A program made the position numbers and the translations under genes. The notes beneath the pieces are model-generated. The model was not told the origin of the DNA. It saw only the letters and a list, made by a program, of their open reading frames with translations, and made no database searches. A stretch of DNA of 64,000 nt from Antedon mediterranea (Eukaryota; Animalia; Echinodermata). The stretch covers positions 14,158,101 to 14,222,100 of the forward strand of contig NC_092677.1 of the NCBI RefSeq assembly GCF_964355755.1, written 5' to 3'. The first letter of the stretch is position 1. The number at the start of each line of letters is the position of its first letter. This document shows, piece by piece, positions 26,260-38,567 of this stretch.

Positions 26260-29200
26260 GCGACCCTTTTATTTGTTGACATAAATAGTTACTATAGCAT
26301 AAAAAACATGCGCAGAGTCGAGTAGTGGGTTCTGCGCATGTCAATTATGCTATAGTGACCAGTTTTATCGCAAAATAATACGGTCGAAAGTTGCCCATTT
26401 TTTGATAAAATCCCTGTATTTTTCATTTCATTTCATTTATTTCGTCTCACATAGTTATAAAAAAAAAATAACAAACAAAAGAGAGAGACAGCATTCCCAA
26501 AAGCGAACTAAATCAAACTATCAAGTGGGTCTCCACTACTATTAGTATAGCATAATTGACATGCACAGAACCCATTATACGACTCTGCGCATGTTTATTA
26601 TGCTATAGTAACCATTTTTGTCAAAAAATAAAAGGGTCGAAAATTTGACATTTTTATTTTTTTTATGAAAAATAAAAATTGTCAATTTGCGACCCTTTTA
26701 TATTTTGACCTAAATGGTTACTATAGCATAATAAACATGCGCAGAGTCGTATAATGGGTTCTGCGCACGTCAATTATGCTATAGTAACCAGTTTTATCGA
26801 AAAATAATAATGTCGAAATTTGCCCATTTTTTGAAAAAATCCCTGTAATATAGTACAGGAAATTTTCTAAAAATGTCAAATTTTCGACTCTTTTATTTTG
26901 TGACATAAATGATTACTATAGCATAATAAACATGCGCAGAGCCGTATAATGGGTTCTGCGCATGTCAACTATGCTATAGTAACCAGTTTTATCGAAAAAT
27001 AATAAGGTCGAAACTTGCCCATTTTTTGAAAAAATCCCTGTACTATAGAAATTTTCGAAAAATGGCCAATTTTCGACCCGTTTATTTTGTGACATAAATG
27101 GTTATTATAGCATAATAAACATGCGCAGAGTCGTATAATGGGTTCTGCGCATGTCAATTATGCTATAGTAACCAGTTTTATCGAAAAATAATAAGGTCGA
27201 AATTTGCCAATTTTTTGAAAAAATCCCTGTACTATAGTACAGGAAATTTTCGAAAAATGGCAAATTTTCGACACTTTTATTTTGTGACATAAATGGTTAC
27301 TATAGCATAATAAACATGCGCAGAGTCATATAATGGGTTCTGAGCATGTCAATTATGCTATAGTAACCCGTTTTATCCAGAAATAATAAGGTCGAAATTT
27401 GCGACCCTTTTAATTTTTGACCTAAATGATTACTATAGCATAATAAACATGCGCAGAGTCGTATAATGGGTTCTGCGCATGTCAATTATGCTATAGTAAA
27501 CCCGTTTTATCAAAAAATAATAAGGTCGAAATTTGCCCATTTTTTGAAAAAATCCCTGTACAGGAAATTTTCGAAAAATGGCCAATTTTCGACCCTTTTT
27601 TTTTCATGACATAAATGGTTACTATAGCATAATAAACATGCGCAGAGTCGTATAATGGGTTCTGTGCATGTCAGTTATGCTATAGTAACCAGTTTTATCG
27701 AAAAATAATAAGGTCGAAATTTGCGACCCTTTTATTTTTTGACCTAAATGATTACTATAGCATAATAAACATGCGCAGAGTCGTGTAATGGGTTCTGCGC
27801 ATTTCAATTATGCTATAGTAACCAGTTTTATCGAAAAATAATAAGGTCGAAATTTGCGACCCTTTTATTTTTTGACCTAAATGGTTTCTATAGCATAATA
27901 AACATGCGCAGAGTCGTATAATGGGTTCTGCGCATGTCAATTATGCTATAGAAACCCGTTTTATCAAAAAATAATAAGGTCAAAATTTTCCTATTTTTTG
28001 AAAAAATCCCTGTACTATAGTACCGGAAATTTTCGAAAAATGGCCAATTTTTTACCCTTTTATTTTATGACCTAAATGGTTACTATAGCATAATAAACAT
28101 GCGCAGAGTCGTATAATGGGTTCTGCGCATTTCAATTTTGCTATAGTAAACCGTTTTATCAAAAAATAATAAGGTCAAAATTTGCCCATTTTTTGAAAAA
28201 ATCCCTGTACTATAGTACAGGAAATTTTCGAAAAATTGCCAATTTTCGACCCTTTTATTTTGTGACATAAATGGTTACTATAGCATAATAAACATGCGCA
28301 GAGCCGTATAATGGGTTCTGCGCATGTCAACTATGCTATAGTAACCAGTTTTATCGAAAAATAATAAGGTCGAAACTTGCCCATTTTTTGAAAAAATCCC
28401 TGTACTATAGAAATTTTCGAAAAATGGCCAATTTTCGACCCGTTTATTTTGTGACATAAATGGTTATTATAGCATAAAAACATGCGCAGAGTCGTATAAT
28501 GGGTTCTGCGCACGACAATTAGGCTATAGTAACCAGTTTTATCGAAAAATAAAAATTGCCAATTTGCGTCCCTTTTATTTTGTGACATAAATGGTTACTA
28601 TAGCATAATAAACATGCGCAGAGTTGTATAATGGGTTCTGCGCAAGTCAATTATGCTATAGTAACCAGTTTTATCGAAAAATAATAAGGTCGAAATTTGC
28701 CCATTTTTTTAAAAAATCCCTTTACTATACTACAGAAAATTTTCGAAAAATGGCCAATATTCGACACTTCTATTTTATGACATAAATGGTTACTATAGCA
28801 TAATAAACATGCGCAGAGTCGTATAATGGGTTCTGCGCATGTCAATTATGCTATAGTAACCAGTTTTATCGAAAAATAAAAATGGCCAATTTGCGACCCT
28901 TTTATTTTGTGACATAAATGGTTACTATAGCATAATAAACATGCGCAGAGTCGTATAATGGGTTCTGCGCATGTCAATTATGCTATAGTAACCAGTTTTA
29001 TCGAAAAATAATAAGGTCGAAATTTGCCAATTTTTTGAAAAAATCCCTGTACTATAGTACAGGAAATTTTCGAAAAATGGCAAATTTTCGACACTTTTAT
29101 TTTGTGACATAAATGGTTACTATAGCATAATAAACATGCGCAGAGTCATATAATGGGTTCTGAGCATGTCAATTATGCTATAGTAACCCGTTTTATCCAG

Positions 29201-32200
29201 AAATAATAAGGTCGAAATTTGCGACCCTTTTAATTTTTGACCTAAATGATTACTATAGCATAATAAACATGCGCAGAGTCGTATAATGGGTTCTGCGCAT
29301 GTCAATTATGCTATAGTAAACCCGTTTTATCAAAAAATAATAAGGTCGAAATTTGCCCATTTTTTGAAAAAATCCCTGTACAGGAAATTTTCGAAAAATG
29401 GCCAATTTTCGACCCTTTTTTTTTCATGACATAAATGGTTACTATAGCATAATAAACATGCGCAGAGTCGTATAATGGGTTCTGTGCATGTCAGTTATGC
29501 TATAGTAACCAGTTTTATCGAAAAATAATAAGGTCGAAATTTGCGACCCTTTTATTTTTTGACCTAAATGATTACTATAGCATAATAAACATGCGCAGAG
29601 TCGTGTAATGGGTTCTGCGCATTTCAATTATGCTATAGTAACCAGTTTTATCGAAAAATAATAAGGTCGAAATTTGCGACCCTTTTATTTTTTGACCTAA
29701 ATGGTTTCTATAGCATAATAAACATGCGCAGAGTCGTATAATGGGTTCTGCGCATGTCAATTATGCTATAGAAACCCGTTTTATCAAAAAATAATAAGGT
29801 CAAAATTTTCCTATTTTTTGAAAAAATCCCTGTACTATAGTACCGGAAATTTTCGAAAAATGGCCAATTTTTTACCCTTTTATTTTATGACCTAAATGGT
29901 TACTATAGCATAATAAACATGCGCAGAGTCGTATAATGGGTTCTGCGCATTTCAATTTTGCTATAGTAAACCGTTTTATCAAAAAATAATAAGGTCAAAA
30001 TTTGCCCATTTTTTGAAAAAATCCCTGTACTATAGTACAGGAAATTTTCGAAAAATTGCCAATTTTCGACCCTTTTATTTTGTGACATAAATGGTTACTA
30101 TAGCATAATAAACATGCGCAGAGCCGTATAATGGGTTCTGCGCATGTCAACTATGCTATAGTAACCAGTTTTATCGAAAAATAATAAGGTCGAAACTTGC
30201 CCATTTTTTGAAAAAATCCCTGTACTATAGAAATTTTCGAAAAATGGCCAATTTTCGACCCGTTTATTTTGTGACATAAATGGTTATTATAGCATAAAAA
30301 CATGCGCAGAGTCGTATAATGGGTTCTGCGCACGTCAATTAGGCTATAGTAACCAGTTTTATTGAAAAATAAAAATTGCCAATTTGCGTCCCTTTTATTT
30401 TGTGACATAAATGGTTACTATAGCATAATAAACATGCGCAGAGTTGTATAATGGGTTCTGCGCAAGTCAATTATGCTATAGTAACCAGTTTTATCGAAAA
30501 ATAATAAGGTCGAAATTTGCCCATTTTAAAAAAAAATCCCTTTACTATACTACAGAAAATTTTCGAAAAATGGCCAATATTCGACACTTCTATTTTATGA
30601 CATAAATGGTTACTATAGCATAATAAACATGCGCAGAGTCGTATAATGGGTTCTGCGCATGTCAATTATGCTATAGTAACCAGTTTTATCGAAAAATAAA
30701 AATGGCCAATTTGCGACCCTTTTATTTTGTGACATAAATGGTTACTATAGCATAATAAGCATGCGCAGAGTCGTATAATGGGTTTTGCGCATGTCAATTA
30801 TGCTATAGTAACCAGTTTTATCGAAAAATATTAAGGTCGAAATTTGCCAATTTTTGGAAAAAATCCCTGTACTATAGTACAGGAAATTTTCGAAAAATGG
30901 CAAATTTTCGACACTTTTTTTTTGTGACATAAATGGTTACTATAGCATAATAAACATGCGCAGAGTCATATAATGGGTTCTGAGCATGTCAATTATGCTA
31001 TAGTAACCCGTTTTATCCAGAAATAATAAGGTCGAAATTTGCGACCCTTTTAATTTTTGACCTAAATGATTACTATAGCATAATAAACATGCGCAGAGTC
31101 GTATAATGGGTTCTGCGCATGTCGTCAATTATGCTATAGTAACCCGTTTTATCAAAAAATAATAAGGTCGAAATTTGCCCATTTTTTGAAAAAATCCCTG
31201 TACAGGAAATTTTCGAAAAATGGCCAATTTTCGACCCTTTTTTTTTCATGACATAAATGGTTACTATAGCATAATAAACATGCGCAGAGTCGTATAAAGG
31301 GTTCTGCACATGTCAATTATGCTATACTAACCCGTTTTATCGAAAAATATTAAGGTCGAAATTTGCCCATTTATGAAAAAATCCCTGTACTATAGTACAG
31401 GAAATTTTCGAAAAATGGCCAATTTTCGACCTTTTTAATTAGTGACATAAATGGTTACTATAGCATAATAAACATGCGCAGAGTCGTATAATGGGTTCTG
31501 TGCATGTCAGTTATGCTATAGTAACCAGTTTTATCGAAAAATAATAAGGTCGAAATTTGCGACCCTTTTATTTTTTGACCTAAATGATTACTATAGCATA
31601 ATAAACATGCGCAGAGTCGTGTAATGGGTTCTGCGCATTTCAATTATGCTATAGTAACCAGTTTTATCGTAAAATAATAAGGTCGAAATTTGCGACCCTT
31701 TTATTTTTTGACCTAAATGGTTACTATAGCATAATAAACATGCGCAGAGTCGTATAATGGGTTCTGCGCATGTCAATTATGCTATAGAAACCCGTTTTAT
31801 CAAAAAATAATAAGGTCAAAATTTTCCTATTTTTTGTAAAAATCCCTGTACTATAGTACCGGAAATTTTCGAAAAATGGCCAATTTTTTACCCTTATATT
31901 TTATGACCTAAATGGTTACTATAGCATAATAAACATGCGCAGAGTCGTATAATGGGTTCTGCGCATTTCAATTTTGCTATAGTAAACCGTTTTATCAAAA
32001 AATAATAAGGTCAAAATTTGCCCATTTTTTGAAAAAATCCCTGTACTATAGTATAGGAAATTTTCGAAAAATGGCCAATTTTCGACCCTTTTATTTTGTG
32101 ACATAAATGGTTACTATAGCATAATAAACATGCGCAGAGTCGTATAATGGGTTCTGTGCATGTCAATTATGCTATAGTAACCAGTTTTATCAAGAAATAA

Positions 32201-35200
32201 TAAGGTCGAAATTTGCGACCCTTTTATTTTTTTGACCTAAATGGTTACTATAGCATAATAAACATGCGCAGAGTCGTATAATGGGTTCTGCGCATGTCAA
32301 TTATGCTATAGTAACCCGTTTTATCGAAAAATAATAAGGTCAAAATTTGCCCATTTTTTGAAAAAATCCCTGTACTATATTACAGAAAATTTTCGAAAAA
32401 TTGCCAATTTTCGACCCTTTTATTTTGTGACATAAATGGTTACTATAGCATAAAAACATGCGCAGAGTCGTATAATGGGTTCTGTGCATGTCAGTTATGC
32501 TATAGTAACCAGTTTTATCGAAAAATAATAAGGTCGAAATTTGCCCATTTTTTGAAAAAATCCCTGTACTATAGTACAGGAAATTTACGAAAAATTGCCA
32601 ATTTTCGACCCTTTTATTTTGTGACATAAATGGTTACTATAGCATAATAAACATGCACTGAATCGTATAATGGGTTCTGCGCATGTCAATTATGCTATAG
32701 TAACCCATTTTATCGAGAAATAATAAGGTCGAAATTTGCGACCCTTTTATTTTTTGACCTAAATGATTACTATAGCATAATAAACATGCGCAGAGTCGTG
32801 TAATGGGTTCTGCGCATTTCAATTATGCTATAGTAACCAGTTATATCGAAAAATAATAAGGTCGAAATTTGCCCATTTTTTAAAAAAATCCCTGTACTAT
32901 AGTATAGGAAATTTTCGAAAAATGGCCAATTTTCGACCCTTTTATTTTGTGACATAAATGGTTACTATAGCATAATAAACATGCGCAGAGTCGTATAATG
33001 GGTTCTGTGCATGTCAATTATGCTATAGTAACCAGTTTTATCAAGAAATAATAAGGTCGAAATTTGCGACCCTTTTATTTTTTTGACCTAAATGGTTACT
33101 ATAGCATAATAAACATGCACAGAGTCGTATAATGGGTTCTGCGCATGTCAATTATGCTATAGTAACCCGTTTTATCGAAAAATAATAAGGTCAAAATTTG
33201 CCCATTTTTTGAAAAAATCCCTGTACTATATTACAGAAAATTTTCGAAAAATTGCCAATTTTCGACCCTTTTATTTTGTGACATAAATGGTTACTATAGC
33301 ATAAAAACATGCGCAGAGTCGTATAATGGGTTCTGTGCATGTCAGTTATGCTATAGTAACCAGTTTTATCGAAAAATAATAAGGTCGAAATTTGCGACCC
33401 TTTTATTTTTTGATCTAAATGGTTACTATAGCATAATAAACATGCACAGAGTCGTATAATGGGTTCTGCGCATGTCAATTATGCTATAGTAACCCTTTTT
33501 ATCGAAAAATAATAAGGTTGAAATCTGCCCATTTTTTGAAAAAATCCCTGTACTATATTACAGGAAATTTTCGAAAAATGGCCAATTTTCGACCCTTTTA
33601 TTTTGTGACATAAATGGTTAGTATAGCATAATAAACATGCGCATAGTCGTATAATGGGTTCTGCGCATGTCAATTATGCTATAGTAACCCATTTTATCGA
33701 AAAATAAAAATGGCAAATTTTTTACCCTTTTATTTAGTGACATAAATGGTTACTATAGCATAATAAACATGCGCAGAGTCGTATAATGGGTTCTGTGCAT
33801 GTCAGTTATGCTATAGTAACCAGTTTTATCGAAAAATAATAAGGTCGAAATTTTCGACCCTTTTATTTTTTGACCTAAATGATTACTATAGCATAATAAA
33901 CATGCGCAGATTCGTATAATGTGTTCTGCGCATTTCAATTATGCTATAGTAACCAGTTTTGTCGAAAAAAAATAAGGTCAAAATTTGCCCATTTTTTGAA
34001 AAAATCGCTGTACTATATTACAGAAAATTTTCGAAAAATTGCCAATTTTCTACCCTTTTATTTTGTGACATAAATGGTTACTATAGCATAAAAACATGCG
34101 CAGAGTCGTATAATGGGTTCTGTGCATGTCAGTTATGCTATAGTAACCAGTTTTATCGAAAAATAATAAGGTCGAAATTTGCGACCCTTTTATTTTTTGA
34201 CCTAAATGGTTACTATAGCATAATAAACATGCGCAGAGTCGTATAATGGGTTCTGCGCATGTCAATTATGCTATAGTAATCCGTTTTATCGAAAAATAAT
34301 AAGGTCGAAATTTGCCCAGTTTTAAACAAAATCCCTGTACTATAGTACAGGAAATTTTCGAAAAATGGCCAATTTTCGACCCTTTTATTTTTTTAATAAA
34401 TGGTTACTATATCATGAATAAACATGCGCAGAGTCGTATAATGGGTTCTGTGCATGTCAGTTATGCTATAGTAACCAGTTTTATCGAAAAATAATAAGGT
34501 CGAAATTTGCGACCCTTTTATTTTTTGACCTAAATGGTTACTATAGCATAATAGACATGCGCAGAGTCGTATAATGGGTTCTGCGCATGTCAATTATGCT
34601 ATAGTAACCCTTTTTATCGAAAATTAATAAGGTTGAAATCTGCCCATTTTTTGAAAAAATCCCTGTACTATAGTACAGGAAATTTTCGAAAAATGGCCAA
34701 TTTTCGACCCTTTTATTTTGTGACATAAATGGTTAGTATAGCATAATAAACATGCGCATAGTCGTATAATGGGTTCTGCGCATGTCAATTATGCTATAGT
34801 AACCCATTTTATCGAAAAATAAAATGGCGAAATTCGCGACCCTTTTATTTTTTGACCTAAATGGTTACTATAGCATAATAAACATGCGCAGAGTCGTATA
34901 ATGGGTTCTGTGCATGTCAGTTATGCTATAGTAACCAGTTTTATCGAAAAATAATAAGGTCGAAATTTTCGACCCTTTTATTTTTTGACCTAAATGATTA
35001 CTATAGCATAATAAACATGCGCAGAGTCATATAATGTGTTCTGCGCATTTCAATTTTGCTATAGTAACCCGTTTTATCAAAAAATAATAAGGTCAAAATT
35101 TGCCCATTTTTTGAAAAAATCCCTGTACTATATTACAGAAAATTTTCGAAAAATTGCCAATTTTCTACCCTTTTATTTTGTGACATAAATGGTTACTATA

Positions 35201-36545
35201 GCATAAAAACATGCGCAGAGTCGTATAATGGGTTCTGTGCATGTCAGTTATGCTATAGTAACCAGTTTTATCGAAAAATAATAAGGTCGAAATTTGCCCA
35301 GTTTTAAACAAAATCCCTGTACTATAGTACAGGAAATTTTCGAAAAATGGCCAATTTTCGACCCTTTTATTTTTTTAATAAATGGTTACTATATCATGAA
35401 TAAACATGCGCAGAGTCGTATAATGGGTTCTGTGCATGTCAATTATGCTATAGTAACCAGTTTTATCGAGAAATAATAAGGTCGAAATTTGCGACCCTTT
35501 TATTTTTTGACCTAAATGGTTACTATAGCATAATAGACATGCGCAGAGTCGTATAATAGGTTCTGCGCATGTCAATTATGCTATAGTAACCCGTTTGATT
35601 GAAATATGATAAGGTCGAAATTTGCCAATTTTATGAAAAAATCCCTGTACTATAGTACAGGAAATTTTTCGAAAAATGGCCAATTTTTTACCCTTTTATT
35701 TAGTGACATAAATGGTTACTATAGCATAATAAACATGCGCAGAGTCGTATAATGGGTTCTTTGCATGTCAGTTATGCTATAGTAACCAGTTTTATCGAAA
35801 AATAATAAGGTCGAAATTTTCGACCCTTTTATTTTATGACCTAAATGGTTACTATAGCTTAATAAACTTGCGCAGAGTCGTATAATGGGTTCTGCGCATT
35901 TCAATTTTGCTATAGTAACCAGTTTTATCGAAAAATAATAAGGTCGAAATTTTCGACCCTTTTATTTTTTGACCTAAATGATTACTATAGCATAATAAAC
36001 ATGCGCAGAGTCGTATAATGTGTTCTGCGCATTTCAATTTTGCTATAGTAACCCGTTTTATCAAAAAATAATAAGGTCAAAATTTGCCCATTTTTTGAAA
36101 AAATCCCTGTACTATATTACAGAAAATTTTCGAAAAATTGCCAATTTTCGACGCTTTTATTTTGTGACATAAATGGTTACTATAGCATAAAAACATGCGC
36201 AGAGTCGTATAATGGGTTCTGTGCATGTCAGTTATGCTATAGTAACCAGTTTTATCGAAAAATAATAAGGTCAAAATTTGCCCATTTTTTGAAAAAATCC
36301 CTGTACAGGAAATTTTCGAAAAATGGCTAATTTTCGACCCTTTTATTTTGTGACATAAATGGTTACTATAGCATAATAAACATGCACAGAGTCGTATAAT
36401 GGGTTCTGCGCATGTCAATTATGCTATAGTAACCCATTTTATCGAGAAATAATAAGGTCGAAATTTGCGACCCTTTTATTTTTTGACCTAAATGATTACT
36501 ATAGCATAATAAACATGCGAAAAATAATGAGATCGAAATTTGCCC
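26260..36545. repeat. Satellite array 2: palindromic ~133-bp and ~195-bp monomers with 1820-bp, ~851-bp and ~982-bp higher-order duplications
   Basis: Core GGTTACTATAGCATAATAAACATGCGCAGA-gtcgtataatgggt-TCTGCGCATGTCAATTATGCTATAGTAACC. Identical or near-identical ORFs recur at 27105/28925/30745 (offset 1820); related ORFs recur at 32340/33191 and 34312/35294. Degenerate copies extend left to ~25950. Confidence 0.97.
26419..26535 (-). mobile_element. Probable 3' tail fragment of a non-LTR retroelement inserted at the edge of satellite 2
   Basis: Non-satellite segment ending on the minus strand in GAAATAAATGAAATGAAATGAAA (AATAAA plus a short tandem tail). It interrupts the satellite at ccctgta. 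Confidence 0.4.
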
Positions 36546-36685
36546 AATGTTTTTTATTGTATAGTAACATAAGCATGTTATCTCAATAATATACACATAC
36601 ATACCGTATTCGAATAAACGCACCGCTTTGAATAACACCCCCACTCTACCGCTGAATAAACGGTTAGGATTATGGTACAGGTGTC

Positions 36686-37032
36686 TAACGGCGCAGATCC
36701 AATTTTAATAGTCGGGTGGGGGAGGGAACGTATAAGAAACCTTAGCCTGGGGCCAAGATCTTTGAATTTTCAATCGATTTCTGAGCACATGCCCAAAAGA
36801 ATACAATAATTGTTCGTTACGCCCTTTTTAGGAACTGGTCCTGATTTGCCACTGCTTATATTCACGCAAACTGTTTCTTCTTAGATACTGTATTTTCTTA
36901 AATTACATAGGATATGTCTACAGAAGTCTTACTTTCTATTTCATTTCAACAATTTAATGATTTTGCTGTTGAAAAGTCAGGTGACAATCCCCCAATAAAA
37001 ATGGGTTGGTCCCACCAGGAGCTTCGCCGGTA
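36686..37032. mobile_element. hAT-like MITE with 8-bp TSD
   Basis: Direct repeat CAGGTGTC at 36678-36685 and 37033-37040. Imperfect TIRs TAACGGCGCAGATCC / GGAGCTTCGCCGGTA match at 12 of 15 positions. Confidence 0.65.
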
Positions 37033-37369
37033 CAGGTGTCAAATGTGATACTCTATTATAGCATTTGTCAGTGATAAAGGGGACAAAATAAATATAGTGT
37101 CGAGAATCGGCTAGATTATTATTTAGATTTCCGCAATTTCAGGATGCATTCCTTACAATTGTCTTCCGCTTTTTAAACCATCAATATTATGGAATGACTG
37201 TACAGCTATAGTGATAAAAGGTAATACCCACCAATGACGGTACCTTTCAAAACCATATTTCGTAAGGCAAACTCGATTTAAACAATAATGTATAGGTGTT
37301 TTATGAATGCGGAACACACTGTGTGTTTTGTGTGGAGTTGGCAAGAAATCATAAGGTAAATGTTATTGT

Positions 37370-37640
37370 TAAATGGTGTATATAGTGGAGGAAGTCACCT
37401 TAGGCCTAAGCTTAATTGTAATAGGTCTTAAACTGTTCAAGGTAATTAAGTGCGACACAATGCTTAGATTGTATATATTTGGAGCATGGAGGTACATCTC
37501 CATGTTTGGAGTAAGTGTAAGTTTGGTAATATATAAACATATACGAAAACGACGAGTAAGTAAGGTTTTTGGTGGAAAAAACACAGACGTATAGTAATGT
37601 ATTATGCTCAAATCGTCCAAAAGGTCTATAGGGTACACAA
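37370..37640 (-). mobile_element. Possible decayed LINE ORF2 C-terminus (I/Nimb-like)
   Basis: Fragments in different frames (LLTRRFRI..TKLT, TYSKHGDVPPC, LSIVSHLI) loosely resemble the RLRIGHTxLTH..G..PP.C..L.V.H.L region that follows RNase H in I-clade LINEs. Frameshifted and weak. Confidence 0.3.
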
Positions 37641-37780
37641 AACAATAGCTATTACAATATCAAATATGGGAAACAACATCTATATATAAATTTACGTAAG
37701 GGAAATATCGCTAAATCGCGCCTTATTTCTAGAATTTTTACTCGATAGTATATAAAGTATTAATAATTACAACAAATATA

Positions 37781-38567
37781 CCGTAAATCTTCTAATTGTA
37801 ACCGTGGGTTATTATTCTTTGATTGTTTTTTGGGGGTGGGTTACTATTAGAGTACTAATCTTTTATTAGGCACCTGAAAATAGTAACCCACCCCTAACTT
37901 TTCCGGTCAGCAACTCCTAGCAAAATAATAAAACAGTACAAATAAACAGATTTTGTTGAACTCTAACTTTATTTCATAAACTCAAAAACAATCACTCCCC
38001 TCCTGATTTAAACATGCACTATCTCCTTATTTTCAAAATACGGCTGCATCATAAAAGACCAATCATTTTGTCAATAGTGTTTGTGACTCTAATAGTAACC
38101 CCCGTGGGTTACTATTAGAGTAGTGGGTTATTATAGATTGACATTATAAGGTGGGTTACTATTAGAAGGTAAGTAGAGTGTGGGTTACTATTAGAGTGCG
38201 AGTTACTATTAGAAGGTGGGTTACTATTAGAGTGTGGGTTACTATTAGAGTGTGGGTTACTATTAGAAGGTGGGTTACTATTAGAAGGTGGGTTACTATT
38301 AGAGTGTGGGTTACTATTAGAGTATTGGTTACTATTAGAAGGTGGGTTACTATTAGAAGGTGGGTTACTATTAGAGTGTGGGTTACTATTAGAGTGTGGG
38401 TTACTATTAGAAGGTGGGTTACTATTAGAGTGTGGGTTACTATTAGAAGGTGGGTTACTATTAGAAGGTGGGTTACTATTAGAGTGTGGGTTACTATTAG
38501 AAGGTGGGTTACTATTAGAAGGTGGGTTACTATTAGAGTGTGGGTTACTATTAGAAGATTTATATAG
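37781..38567. mobile_element. Tc1/mariner-pogo-type MITE with an expanded subterminal repeat
   Basis: Left end TA|CCGTAAATCTTCTAATTGTAACC; right end GGTTACTATTAGAAGATTTA..TAG|TA. Internal copies of GGGTTACTATTAGA occur in both orientations. Confidence 0.7.
38150..38557. repeat. 18-bp minisatellite (AG|GT)GTGGGTTACTATTAGA, ~22 copies
   Basis: Directly visible; it produces the repetitive IVTHLL/IVTHTL ORF. Confidence 0.95.

Noticed and set aside
26721-36644. Dozens of ~61 aa Cys-containing ORFs (MTCAEPIIRLCAC...) resembling a peptide gene family
   Set aside because: They are translations of satellite 2 monomers in several frames, with frequent frameshifts and no signal peptide or splice structure.
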